A stretch of DNA of 36,526 nucleotides, taken from assembly GCF_001194135.2 (NCBI RefSeq), contig NC_068988.1, forward strand, positions 42,046,434-42,082,959. The letters run 5' to 3'. How positions within the stretch are numbered: position 1 is the stretch's first letter; every line of letters begins with the position of its first letter. The notes beneath the pieces are model-generated. The model worked only from the letters and a program-made list of their open reading frames with translations, had not been told where the DNA came from and did not search any database. This document shows positions 1 to 10,945 of the stretch, piece by piece. Origin of the DNA: Octopus bimaculoides. Taxonomy: Eukaryota. The position numbers and the translations under genes are program-made.

Positions 1-58
1 ATATATATATATATATATATATATATACGTGTGGTGGGGATGTACACATACACAGGTA

Positions 59-376
59 CAGTATCAATTTTCCAGAACCTTTGGTTTCAAAGACGTTCCA
101 GATTACTGATTTTTTCCACACTGGGAATGGTCACATTTGTCAACACATTCTAAATTAAACAAATGTTATATTTACTAATAACTAAATCAATTACAAGTAC
201 CTATGCATAAGTATAAATACAAGTTTTTTAATACCTTACTGTGCAAGGTACTAATCTGTACAAGACAACAGTAAACTAGTCTGGTGGCTATAGGAATTTG
301 AAATTTCTGCTCGTAATTAATGCGAATTAAAAGAGGTTCCAGACCTTCAGTGTCTAGAGAATCGGTATTCTACCTG
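59..376. mobile_element. Probable non-autonomous Tc1/mariner (pogo/Tigger-like) MITE relic
   Basis: TA|CAGTATCAATTTTCCAGAACCT at 57-80 and ...TCTAGAGAATCGGTATTCTACCTG|TA at 353-378 form degenerate inverted termini (CAG...CTG) flanked by TA on both sides. There is no coding capacity inside. Confidence 0.45.
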
Positions 377-758
377 TACCTCTGAGTTGCAGGCATAACC
401 GAGTTGTAGAGAGGTATGATTGTGCAGACATAAAACTCCGAGTACGTCCTATCAAGTAGCATTTCATGCAGTTTTCAGTAGCTTCCGTTGGAGTTGAGCC
501 TTGGAAATGAAATGGACTTAACGAGAACTTTACCGAAGTCCGAAGGAAGAACCCTATCCACAGTTCAAAGCAACGACTCCTTTACTTCACTATGTGACGC
601 TGCTTCATCACATTAAGCTATACGTATGTACGGAATACGCTATCATGTCGTTACAATTCATTGAAAAGACAGTTCAGCCAAGTGAACGAATGAAATATTC
701 CCCACGAAAATCGACTAACAGCCTATTTACATTATATGAGCATGAATTGTATATTTAG

Positions 759-759
759 C

Positions 760-812
<53 letters not shown>

Positions 813-973
813 ATATATATACANNNNNNNNNNNNNNNNNNNNNNNNNNNNNNNNNNNNNNNNNNNNNNNNNNNNNNNNNNNNNNNNNNNNNNNNNNNNN
901 NNNNNNNNNNNNNNNNNNNNNNNNNNNNNNNNNNNNNNNNNNNNNNNNNNNNNNNNNNNNNNNNNNNNNNNNN

Positions 974-1032
<59 letters not shown>

Positions 1033-1240
1033 TATACATATATACATATATATATATGTATGTATATATGTATGTATATGTGTGTGTATGTGTGCGTGTG
1101 GGAATGTATATATATATACATACATACACACACACACACATATATATATATATATGTAATTAATACAAAAGATATATGAGCATATGCATGTATACATACA
1201 TATATGTACATACCTACATCTACATGTATATATATATAGA
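759..1240. repeat. Compound (TA)n/(GA)n/(TG)/(CA) microsatellite spanning gap 824-973
   Basis: Dinucleotide runs read directly on both sides of the N run. Confidence 0.95.
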
Positions 1241-1640
1241 TGCATATCTGGGTACAGGACGTCAAAAAAACGTGGACAAAAAAGGAATGGGAACATTAAA
1301 AAATGACAGTTTGAAGTCATATAGAGGTGGAATTTATAAAAAGAAAATAGTGATGCGGATGCAAGACAAGATGGAAACAGAAGCCAGACGACAGAGAATG
1401 GGGTGTCAGAAAGTTTATTAACGTGTGATTAGAAATTATTGAAGCCAACCGTAGTATTCAAAGAAATGGTTTTCATAGACTATCGAATCAGAAATTTGAG
1501 AGTATAAAATATGAAGTCAAAATGAGAGAAGCAGACAACATAGGATAAAAAAAAAACAATTTAAAGGCTAAAGTATCTAAGCATAGAATAGAGAAACGGA
1601 AGTGAGAAACGAGAGGCACAGAAATCAACGAAGAGGAAGG

Positions 1641-1765
1641 CAGAAGTCAGAGATTATAGGAGCTGAATTCAGAGATTATAAAAGTAGAAGACATATAATA
1701 GAGAAGCGAAGTCAGAAACTAGAGAAGCAGAAGTCATATAATAGAAAGTGGAATTCAATAACCGT
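1641..1765 (+). repeat. Decayed ~22-bp purine-rich minisatellite
   Basis: Successive units CAGAAGTCAGAGATTATAGGAG / CTGAATTCAGAGATTATAAAAG / TAGAAGACATATAATAGAGAAG / CGAAGTCAGAAACTAGAGAAG / CAGAAGTCATATAATAGAAAG. Confidence 0.6.
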
Positions 1766-2444
1766 AAATATATACAAAACCAGTATATGCTGACGTGCAG
1801 GCAATACCCATCCCTGATGAAACTAAAAGTTAAGCAAGGACTGAAATGCTCTCTCCGATTCAGAGACAACAGTTATTGCTTGACTTAATGCATTGAGTGT
1901 TGGTGTTTAGTCCAAGATTAGCCGTGACTGACCATGTGATTATAGATATTCCAGCCATATGAATGATGAAACTATCTAATGTATAAAGGTGTTCCTTCCT
2001 TTTTTAAGACAGTAAGGTACGATTTATCGGAATTTGTCAGCAACTTTTAGCAGATAGGGTAACTTCATAAAGTTTCCATTGTTTGAGGTGTCAACTAAGA
2101 ACCACGCGTTCGATTCCTGACGTGCGTGCTCTCAATGTTGGTTCTGCATATTTTTAGTAGCCTCGAAAGCGGGCTAGCACTGCTGATCATCCGAGACTGC
2201 AATGGCTTGAATATATTGTCCTGTGGATGTATGGAGCTGAAAGATCTTATCGCAGAATATGGAATAGGCAAAAAAAATATATCAGAGTCAAGTGATGAAA
2301 GAAAAACAAATGGAAAAGATAAAATGAAACATGTCTTTGTCGGTATTCATACCTGTGCTTATGTTTACTGATGTAACACTGGTGGTGTAACAAAAAAGTC
2401 TAAAGTAGCCAGTAGATTAGATATAAATCGACAAATAACTAACA

Positions 2445-2525
2445 GACTAAAATAAGTGCTGGGTCGATATGATCAAGTGAAACCCTTGAAAGCAGTGACC
2501 CAGTATCGAAGTAATAACTGAAAAT
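2445..2525 (+). mobile_element. Degenerate 3' fragment of a second SINE family
   Basis: GACTAAAATAAGTGCTGGGTCGATATGATC...AACCCTTGAAAGCAGTGACCCAGTA...ACTGAAAA resembles a recalled octopus SINE tail, and loosely the 3' tail of the CR1-like LINE at 29918-29975. Confidence 0.45.
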
Positions 2526-3060
2526 ACACACGCACACGCACACATACATATATACATATATACATACATACATATAAATATACTCACCCACATACATATA
2601 CATATATATTATATTATTTTATATATATATTAGAGAGGGAGAAGACAGACAGACAGACAGATGGTGGAGTGCGAGAATTGACCTCAAGCTGCAGTTTAAT
2701 CGATCATTGGTTTATGATGTATGCTATACACAAGTCTACTCCTCTTTAAGTGGATGGATGAGTGCAGGGGGATAAAGTCTGATTCTAAATCGGATAATCC
2801 TTTTCTTTAGACATAGCACTTTCAGCTGAAGCTTTTAATAGTCAAAGTAATTATCGTCTTGTTTGCTCTTCAGAAGTGTGTATAAATAGCTTCGTATCAT
2901 TTATAATTATGGATCTACCGAAATAATTTATAAATTTATTGAAGCTAAAAGAAAAAGCATTTTGTCATTTTTCATTGCCAACCGTGAGATCGATAATTCT
3001 CATATATAATGGGTATATCACTGTCGACACGAACTCAAAAACTACTGATCATAACAGTAA

Positions 3061-3140
3061 TTCAAAACAAAGGCACAAGACCTCAGTCTTGATGTAATAT
3101 CGACTGATTCGATCCCAGTATTCAACTGGCACTTTCATTT
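3061..3140 (-). mobile_element. tRNA-derived SINE (ATT family), 3' fragment
   Basis: Reverse complement matches the ...CCAGTTGAATACTGGGATCGA...GTCTTGTGCC... tail seen in the full copies. Confidence 0.6.
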
Positions 3141-3343
3141 AATAATATTTCTAAGATCGGCATAAGTTTAAACATGTACATGCAGAGATCTGTGGGTTAA
3201 ATCGACTCCAGTGCTTTACTACCACAACAGACTTTTGATCAGATTTGAAATCAAAAGACCTAAGGCGAATAGAAATATTTGATTCCATTCTCTACAGATT
3301 ATGGTATCAACAGTGCTTGTAGTACTATTACTAATAATCCTTA

Positions 3344-3420
3344 TTCAGAACGTAAAGCCGGTAGAAATATCGCTAAGCATTTTGTCTGGTGTGCTGAAGA
3401 TTCTACTAGCTTACAGCCTT
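3344..3420 (-). mobile_element. tRNA-derived SINE (ATT family), 5' head
   Basis: Reverse complement reads AAGGCTGTAAGCTAGTAGAATCTTCAGCACACCAGACAAAATGCTTAGCGATATTTCTACCGGCTTTACGTTCTGAA. It abuts (TAA)n on its 5' side. Confidence 0.75.
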
Positions 3421-3423
3421 CTG

Positions 3424-3488
<65 letters not shown>
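3424..3488. repeat. (TAA)n microsatellite
   Basis: About 21 perfect units. Confidence 0.97.
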
Positions 3489-3577
3489 CTTCAATTTTGT
3501 CCCGTGAATAATTTTCCCTTTACCTCTATATTTTTCATCTTTGTTGGTGTTATGAGATATTTTCAATAGTAAGTATG

Positions 3578-3753
3578 CGATATTTATTTACCTCCCTTTA
3601 CGTTCCGCGTTTGAATCCTGCTTCGGTTGACTTTGCCTTTCATCCTTCTGAGGTCGATAAAATAAAGTACCAGTCAAGTAGTGGGCATGATATAATCGAA
3701 TGTTCCCTCCCAGTAAACTTTTGATCTTGCGTCCATGTTAATAATTGTTATTA
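3578..3753 (+). mobile_element. tRNA-derived SINE (ATT family), 5'-truncated and diverged
   Basis: TTTACGTTCCGCGTTTGAATCC...GACTTTGCCTTTCATCCTTCTGAGGTCGATAAAATAAAGTACCAG core block. Confidence 0.8.
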
Positions 3754-3895
3754 CATTCTAAGTTCCAAATGTCACCGTAACTACTTTTACCTTAACCTTT
3801 TCTGGTATCTGTAAAGTAAATACCAGTTAAACAGTTTGTTACAAATGTTCCTATGTTAGAAATCTGTATTAAAAACTATTATTACCGCTTTGTAA

Positions 3896-4121
3896 AAGGC
3901 AACGAGGTGTCAGAATCGTTACCTCACTAGACAAAATTCCTACCATTTCATCTGTCTTTACGTTCTTAGTTCAAATTCCACCGATGCCGACTTTGCCTTT
4001 CATCATTTCCGGGTCGATAAAATAAGTCTCAGTCAAGTCTTGCAGGGTCGATGTAATCGATTGCCCCCTCACCCCCGCCCAAAATTTCATGCCTTGTACA
4101 TATAGGTAGAAAGGAGTATTA
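3896..4121 (+). mobile_element. tRNA-derived SINE (ATT family), full length
   Basis: Has the AAGGC start, B-box-like GTTCAAATTCC, central GACTTTGCCTTTCATC...GGTCGATAAAATAAG and tail GCCTTGTACATATAGGTAGAAAGGAGTATT. A candidate 12-bp target-site duplication TAAAAACTATTA lies at 3870-3881 and 4122-4133. Confidence 0.88.
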
Positions 4122-4418
4122 TAAAAACTATTAATAAATCGATAATGAGAATGGTGTTGTTATTACTGACAAGCACAGATAATGACATCAATGTCATCTT
4201 CATCATCATCATCATCATCATCGTCGTCGTCTCTGTCGTCATTGTGATTCATTCACAGCAAACACTCGTTTGCATATTCCACTTGCCATTTTATGCCCAT
4301 TCTCAGCACCTTAATAAAGTATATGCCCATCAATGGAGAGCCAAACGGACAGACATGCACATGCACGCAGTCATTGACAGATATACACGCATACATGCAC
4401 ACATATATATATATACAT

Positions 4419-4422
<4 letters not shown>

Positions 4423-4491
<69 letters not shown>
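4423..4491. repeat. (GT)n microsatellite
   Basis: About 34 perfect units. Confidence 0.97.
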
Positions 4492-4492
<1 letters not shown>

Positions 4493-5285
4493 CCCACATT
4501 ATACCTTCGAAATGGCCTACTTTTCCATTTTCCAATTTTTTCTACATTCTCTAATTAATAATTATTTATTATTCTTTCAACAATCCGCCGAATATCTATT
4601 AACTATAACCGACATCTAGTGTTCCATATTCAGGATGCATAGATAATTATTTCCTTTCGCACATAAATAGTTAATTTAATTATTCAAATATTATGGAAAT
4701 TAAACCATTATAGCTAGGTGAATTATATCGTCTCTAGAAATCTTCAATTTATTTTTATATATATTATATACTAATTGAACTCTGCCAAGGGATATGAAAA
4801 ACTTACAGATATTCGCCTCCTACAGATGTGTAATATTTTTTTCCCTGCTGAAAGTCTAACACTAACAAATTTCAAAATATTTATTTATAATTTTATGCTA
4901 ATTGAATTCTGCTCCTTAATTTATAGCTAAACATTTTACACAAAATTATTATAACTAACGAAACCCTTCCTTTAACTCTATGAAAACTTAGACGTAGCCA
5001 CATTATTTTTTCTTGTTGCTGTAGATAATATAAACATTGTATATCACTTGATATGAATAATCATTAGATATTTATATAATTGCATTAATGCCCAAGTGTC
5101 TTTTCTTGTAGGATATTTTAAATATGAATATGAAAAATAACCTCTAAATTATTTTCTCTTTCAACTGCATTTCAAAGACTTTAAAATTAGTTTCGAATTT
5201 ATTTTACTTGCGGAAAATATAAACAAATGTTGGTCAAAATACACTGCTCACTGAGTTATCTCGTTCCATACTCCCCTATTTCTTC

Positions 5286-5356
<71 letters not shown>

Positions 5357-5963
5357 NNNNNNNNNNNNNNNNNNNNNNNNNNNNNNNNNNNNNNNNNNNN
5401 NNNNNNNNNNNNNNNNNNNNNNNNNNNNNNNNNNNNNNNNNNNNNNNNNNNNNNNNNNNNNNNNNNNNNNNNNNNNNNNNNNNNNNNNNNNNNNNNNNNN
5501 NNNNNNNNNNNNNNNNNNNNNNNNNNNNNNNNNNNNNNNNNNNNNNNNNNNNNNNNNNNNNNNNNNNNNNNNNNNNNNNNNNNNNNNNNNNNNNNNNNNN
5601 NNNNNNNNNNNNNNNNNNNNNNNNNNNNNNNNNNNNNNNNNNNNNNNNNNNNNNNNNNNNNNNNNNNNNNNNNNNNNNNNNNNNNNNNNNNNNNNNNNNN
5701 NNNNNNNNNNNNNNNNNNNNNNNNNNNNNNNNNNNNNNNNNNNNNNNNNNNNNNNNNNNNNNNNNNNNNNNNNNNNNNNNNNNNNNNNNNNNNNNNNNNN
5801 NNNNNNNNNNNNNNNNNNNNNNNNNNNNNNNNNNNNNNNNNNNNNNNNNNNNNNNNNNNNNNNNNNNNNNNNNNNNNNNNNNNNNNNNNNNNNNNNNNNN
5901 NNNNNNNNNNNNNNNNNNNNNNNNNNNNNNNNNNNNNNNNNNNNNNNNNNNNNNNNNNNNNNN

Positions 5964-6003
<40 letters not shown>
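5286..6003. repeat. (CT)n tract, gap, (AG)n tract
   Basis: (CT)n at 5286-5356 and (AG)n at 5964-6003 flank the N run 5357-5963. Confidence 0.9.
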
Positions 6004-6006
<3 letters not shown>

Positions 6007-6213
6007 CACCTGCATATATATAAACACCCACACATACATGCATAAATACACATGTATTTATATATATGTTTTTGAATATATATATATATATAAATATATA
6101 TGCGTTTGTATCTATTTATATAAATGTGTGTGAAGGTGAGTAGGTGCATAAATGTAGGAATGTGAGTATGTATGCATGTACGTATATATGTCTGTATGTG
6201 TATATGTATGTAT

Positions 6214-6407
6214 GTTTGACCGTTGACTGGACACTATTCAAGTTTTTTTCTCCGTGTTTTTCTCCTTGTCTCCGTATTCTTTCTGTTGAAGAGCGTAGCT
6301 CGAAACGTCAAAGACTTTCCGTATTCCCGAGCGTCATACTAATACATCCTTTTGTTATTTACACCACCTGTCCTCGTCTGTTGATGTTTTTTCGTATATT
6401 CTCCCCT
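6214..6407 (+). mobile_element. Penelope-like/retrozyme-like short repeat unit containing a hammerhead motif
   Basis: Contains the hammerhead at 6278-6314. It shares blocks with 14994-15150 (TGACCGTTG..ACACT; TTCCCGAGCGTCATACTAATAC vs TTCCTGAACGTCAAGCTAATAC) and is flanked by TATG repeats on both sides. Confidence 0.65.
6278..6314 (+). ncRNA. Minimal type I hammerhead ribozyme motif (variant core CUGUUGA)
   Basis: TCTTT-CTGTTGA-A-GAGC-GTA-GCTC-GAAAC-GTC-AAAGA gives stem I TCTTT/AAAGA, stem II GAGC/GCTC, palindromic ACGT stem III and a GUC cleavage triplet. Confidence 0.65.
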
Positions 6408-6605
6408 ATGTATGTATGTATGTATGTATGTATGTATGTATGTGTATATGTATGTATGTATGAATGCATAAAGTCATCTAGCAAATTGTTCATGTAAGAA
6501 TGAGCATGCAGTGGGAAACATTGCCTATAGTTAAATGTGATCAATTATACATTATCAGTTATTTTTGTGGTTCTTATTTATTTTTTTAATATTATCCCTA
6601 TTAAT

Positions 6606-6828
6606 AAGGCAGCGAGCAAGAAGAATCGTTAGCATGCCAGACAATATGCTTATCGGTATTCAGTCACTCTTAACGTTGGGAGTTCAAATGCCACCGGGGT
6701 CGACTTTACCTTTCATCCTTTTGCGGTCGATAAAATAAATGACGGATTTGGGCACTGGTGTTGATGTAATCGACTTGCACCCTTCCCCACAACTGCTGGC
6801 TTTGTGCCAAATTTTGAAACGAATATAA
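6606..6828 (+). mobile_element. tRNA-derived SINE (ATT family), full length
   Basis: AAGGCAGCGAGCAAGAAGAATCGTTAGC...GAGTTCAAATGCC...GTCGACTTTACCTTTCATCC...GGCTTTGTGCCAAATTTTGAAAC. Confidence 0.88.
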
Positions 6829-8361
6829 TGAATATTAATTCTTCTTATTATTATTAGTCATAGTTTGAGAATTACCTCAAGTGTTTTCTGTTTTGAATAC
6901 GAATTAGGTACATCTTGAAGACCTCGCATACTAGTGTTCAAGGTTACCATTGATGCTAATGGTTAAACACCTAGGCTAACAAGTATGTTACAGGTAAAAA
7001 AAAAAAATTGTTTAAGATTTAAAAGGTGGCCACAGTTAACAATCGTTGTGTGAGAATGACTTAACAATGCTTATGCATAGCAGTGTTGCTATTTTAGGTA
7101 ACATGGCTTTTTTCTCAAAAATATTCAAGGAAATTTATCGACAGTAGCAGTGCGTGGCATATGATTCAATGAAGAATGATATGTGAAGTGTATAGACCCC
7201 TTTAATCCTGATTAAATTCTTTCTCTATTAGACTATCGGTTCAAGATGTAACGCAAAATATAAAGTATATATAGTGTAATAAATCTACTTTGAAAGAAAT
7301 AAAACGATTTGATAACTTTTAAAACCAAAATTACGCCTGCCTATGTTGCTATGTATTTTTAGTGATATTTTATATTAGTCAAACTATAAAGGAAGCTCCA
7401 ATAGAGATGTAACAGGTTATCAAAGAGAGTTTCTACTTATAAAGTTACTTTTGCCGAATGCGCACGATGATATTTTATATATGTCAAACAAGAGTTTAAC
7501 AGAAATATGACTACCAAATAGGAGAACAAAACACACTGTTCCCAAATGTAATAAGAATAATATATACCCGAGAAAATTTTCTATATCACTATTTTAAATT
7601 ACCTAATTAGTGAATTATCTTTGCTCAAAATAGACATGTATTTTTTCAATCGAACTCAGGGATAAGTACTGGTAAGATCATGCTTCACTGAAGAGGTTTA
7701 GTAGAACAGAAACATATCCACCTTACTTATCAAATATCAAACATTTCACTCACAAATATCAAACATTCAACTGTATGTTACTATTTGATTTTTAAACAAT
7801 TTGGATTTAGAGTTAACTCTCTTTCCTTTCTTGAAAAAATACATCATTTACGTTGTGGGTTTTTTCTGCTCAAAACGAGTGTAAATTTAAATGACAGAAA
7901 TTGTATGGGGATGGAAGGACATAAAGCAAGGTAGTTTCCATTTTCCTATATATTAGTCTTATAAGATTCTAAAAGATTCAAACAACAAAGTTAAATATTG
8001 GGACGACTTTCTTGTGAGTTCCATGATTATAATTTCTCTCTCTAATATGCGTTTTAGTGTCTGTATACAGGTATGTGTATGTATATCCGTGAGCATGTGC
8101 GTACGCTTGCGCTTGCGCATCTGTGTGTGTGTATGTGTGTGTGTGTGAACGTGTCATATGAAAGAATCTTTCATCTAGAAGGAAATGTCAGCTTGACAAG
8201 TGAACTGAAATAATTGTCTTACCCTAATAGCAATTTTATTCGAATAACAATGTTATATAACATAATTAGTTATATCTCTGGTGCAAACTACCTTGCCACC
8301 CTGCTGTCTTTGTTGCTTTTCTCACAACTCACCCATGTGTGATTGAAATCTAATTTGGCAA

Positions 8362-8502
8362 ACACACATACACACACACACACACACACACATTCACACA
8401 CTCACACACATACATAGTTATTTCTGTATCCATATTTGTTATGTATACACATATACATGTATATAATTGTATGTGGAGATATAAAAGTAAATATATATAG
8501 AG

Positions 8503-8556
<54 letters not shown>

Positions 8557-8919
8557 GTATGTAGGTATGCAAAAGTACAAGCGTATGCATACATTCATGC
8601 AATATCTTTTTATCTACACACACACACACAGACACATATGGTTGTGGTACTTTTGATATCCCTCCACTTTCTCTACCTTTCTCACTTTCTCTCTCTATCA
8701 TATTCACTCACATGTATTATTTTGTCTTTTTATGATTCTCCTGTCGCACTCTCTTTGTCTCTTAAATTTCATTCTGTCTCTTTTAGTGTGTGTATACAGG
8801 TATGAATGTGTATGTATATCGTGAGCATGTGCGCGCGTGCGTGCGTGCGTGCGTGCGTGCGTGTGTGTGTGTCTGTGTGTGTGTCTGTGTGTGTGTGTGT
8901 GTCTGTCTGNNNNNNNNNN

Positions 8920-8969
<50 letters not shown>
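8362..8969. repeat. Cluster of (CA)n, (GT)n and (GCGT)n microsatellites
   Basis: Runs at about 8362-8412, 8505-8552 and 8829-8969 (10-N gap at 8910-8919). Confidence 0.9.
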
Positions 8970-8972
<3 letters not shown>

Positions 8973-9140
8973 ATTATTATTGCTTGAAATTTCAATATAA
9001 ATTTAGCAATGAAATTTGTTATGTCCGGCATGTTATTATATTATCCAGAAATATTTTATATGAAACATATTTTGAAACAGAAACCGTTTTCAACGAGGAG
9101 GAATTGCTGTAATTTAGCTTTAATATATATATATATGTGG

Positions 9141-9380
9141 CTGCCTATTTGTATGTATGTATGTATGTATGTATTTATGTATGTATGTATGTATGTATGT
9201 ATGTATGTATGTATTTATGTATGTATGTATGTATTTATGTATGTATGTATGTATGTATTTATGTATGTATGTATGTATTTATGTATGTATGTATGTATGT
9301 ATTCATGTATGTATGTATGTATGCATATATTTATGTATGTATGTATTTATGTATGTATGTATGTATGTATGTATGTATGT
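9141..9380. repeat. (TATG)n with interspersed TATT variants
   Basis: About 240 bp of tetranucleotide array. Confidence 0.95.
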
Positions 9381-9939
9381 AGGGATCTCTATCAAAGAAT
9401 GAGACATTCTGTAATTATAACAGTTGAACATTATATAACACCTTTAATCATTTCTGTACATTGCGAATTGAGGGAAAATATTCCAATCTATTAATTTCTT
9501 GTCAACTGTATATTAAATACTTCACCAAATGTAGGATATCCTTGTCACATACAACACTAATGGTGATCTATTTGACATTTTAGATTTATGAATGTAAATT
9601 CTCTTGGTTTATGTCTAATCTCGATCTGTAGGAAATGTGCTATAACTTTATTTTATTAAAATCTTCGTACGTTTCCATGAATATATTTTCTACATGGAGA
9701 AACGAGCAAACGAGTTTCAATGTTCAGTGACAGCGTTCAAATGATGAAACAAGATTCAAAACGACATGCACAAAATAAAACAAATTCACAGAATTTCTTA
9801 TTTATGTTCATTTACACAAAATTTTTATCAATGCATATAAAATTATAAAGGCGAGGCTGCTCCTTACATTTGTAAATTCGAATACACACAATGCATCACA
9901 GTTCGATGATGTCTTAATTGGCTGAAACTTCGAAGTCGC

Positions 9940-9940
9940 A

Positions 9941-9993
<53 letters not shown>

Positions 9994-10040
9994 ACATACA
10001 CACATACATATATATATATATGTATGTATGTATGTATATA
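9940..10040. repeat. (CA)n/(TA)n/(TATG)n compound microsatellite
   Basis: Read directly; abuts gap 10041-10344. Confidence 0.9.
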
Positions 10041-10675
10041 NNNNNNNNNNNNNNNNNNNNNNNNNNNNNNNNNNNNNNNNNNNNNNNNNNNNNNNNNNNN
10101 NNNNNNNNNNNNNNNNNNNNNNNNNNNNNNNNNNNNNNNNNNNNNNNNNNNNNNNNNNNNNNNNNNNNNNNNNNNNNNNNNNNNNNNNNNNNNNNNNNNN
10201 NNNNNNNNNNNNNNNNNNNNNNNNNNNNNNNNNNNNNNNNNNNNNNNNNNNNNNNNNNNNNNNNNNNNNNNNNNNNNNNNNNNNNNNNNNNNNNNNNNNN
10301 NNNNNNNNNNNNNNNNNNNNNNNNNNNNNNNNNNNNNNNNNNNNATATATATATATATATATATAAATATATACATAATATGTCTATATATGTATATGCA
10401 TTGATAGATACATATATACATACATTCATACACATACATACTTACATATATATATACGTACATACATAATGAGATATAATAATGGACAAAATTAGAGATA
10501 ATTAGGTATTTATAGCGCATATATACTTAATAGATCGGCTTGTGCTATCTTCAAAGTTGGAGACTATCAAATACAATACACGTAAAGCTGTAAACAATAC
10601 AACGTTTCAGGATCTAGGCCAAATTTTTATAAGTATCTATATACAAATTTGTGCGTGTGTGTATAAATATATATA

Positions 10676-10698
10676 TGTGTGTATACATACTTGTGCAT

Positions 10699-10733
<35 letters not shown>

Positions 10734-10825
10734 TACACACACAGATACACACACACACACACANNNNNNNNNNNNNNNNNNNNNNNNNNNNNNNNNNNNN
10801 NNNNTGTGTATACATACTTGTGCAT

Positions 10826-10858
<33 letters not shown>

Positions 10859-10901
10859 TACACACACAGATACACACACACACACACATACACACACAGA
10901 T

Positions 10902-10934
<33 letters not shown>

Positions 10935-10945
10935 TATATATATAT
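10676..10945. repeat. (CA)n with AGATAC interruptions, duplicated across a 41-N gap
   Basis: The same TGTGTATACATACTTGTGCATCCACAC... start occurs at about 10678 and at 10805. Confidence 0.85.

Noticed and set aside
330-600. Minus-strand peptide fragments resembling LINE RT (PTELLK..., CTIIPLY...) and a plus-strand 44-aa frame 482-616
   Set aside because: The RT resemblance needs several frameshifts and overlaps the MITE-like terminus. The plus frame has no recognisable homology.
4797-4846. Minus-strand AG...GTAAGT-bounded 41-nt segment (QGKKYYTSVGGEY)
   Set aside because: It lies in locally repetitive AT-rich sequence, and such splice-site pairs are expected by chance.
7688-7716. CTGAAGA...GAAAC hammerhead-like spacing
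   Set aside because: No G-C closing pair for stem II, no GTH triplet after GAAAC and no stem I.
9864-9917. Minus-strand 54-nt exon-like segment (PIKTSSNCDALCVFEFTN)
   Set aside because: The donor is weak, no homology is recognised and there is no partner exon.
10676-10900. Apparent tandem duplications across small gaps (also 27030-27164 and 31927-32000)
   Set aside because: Identical sequence on both sides of 10-41-N gaps is most simply unmerged contig overlap, i.e. an assembly artefact.
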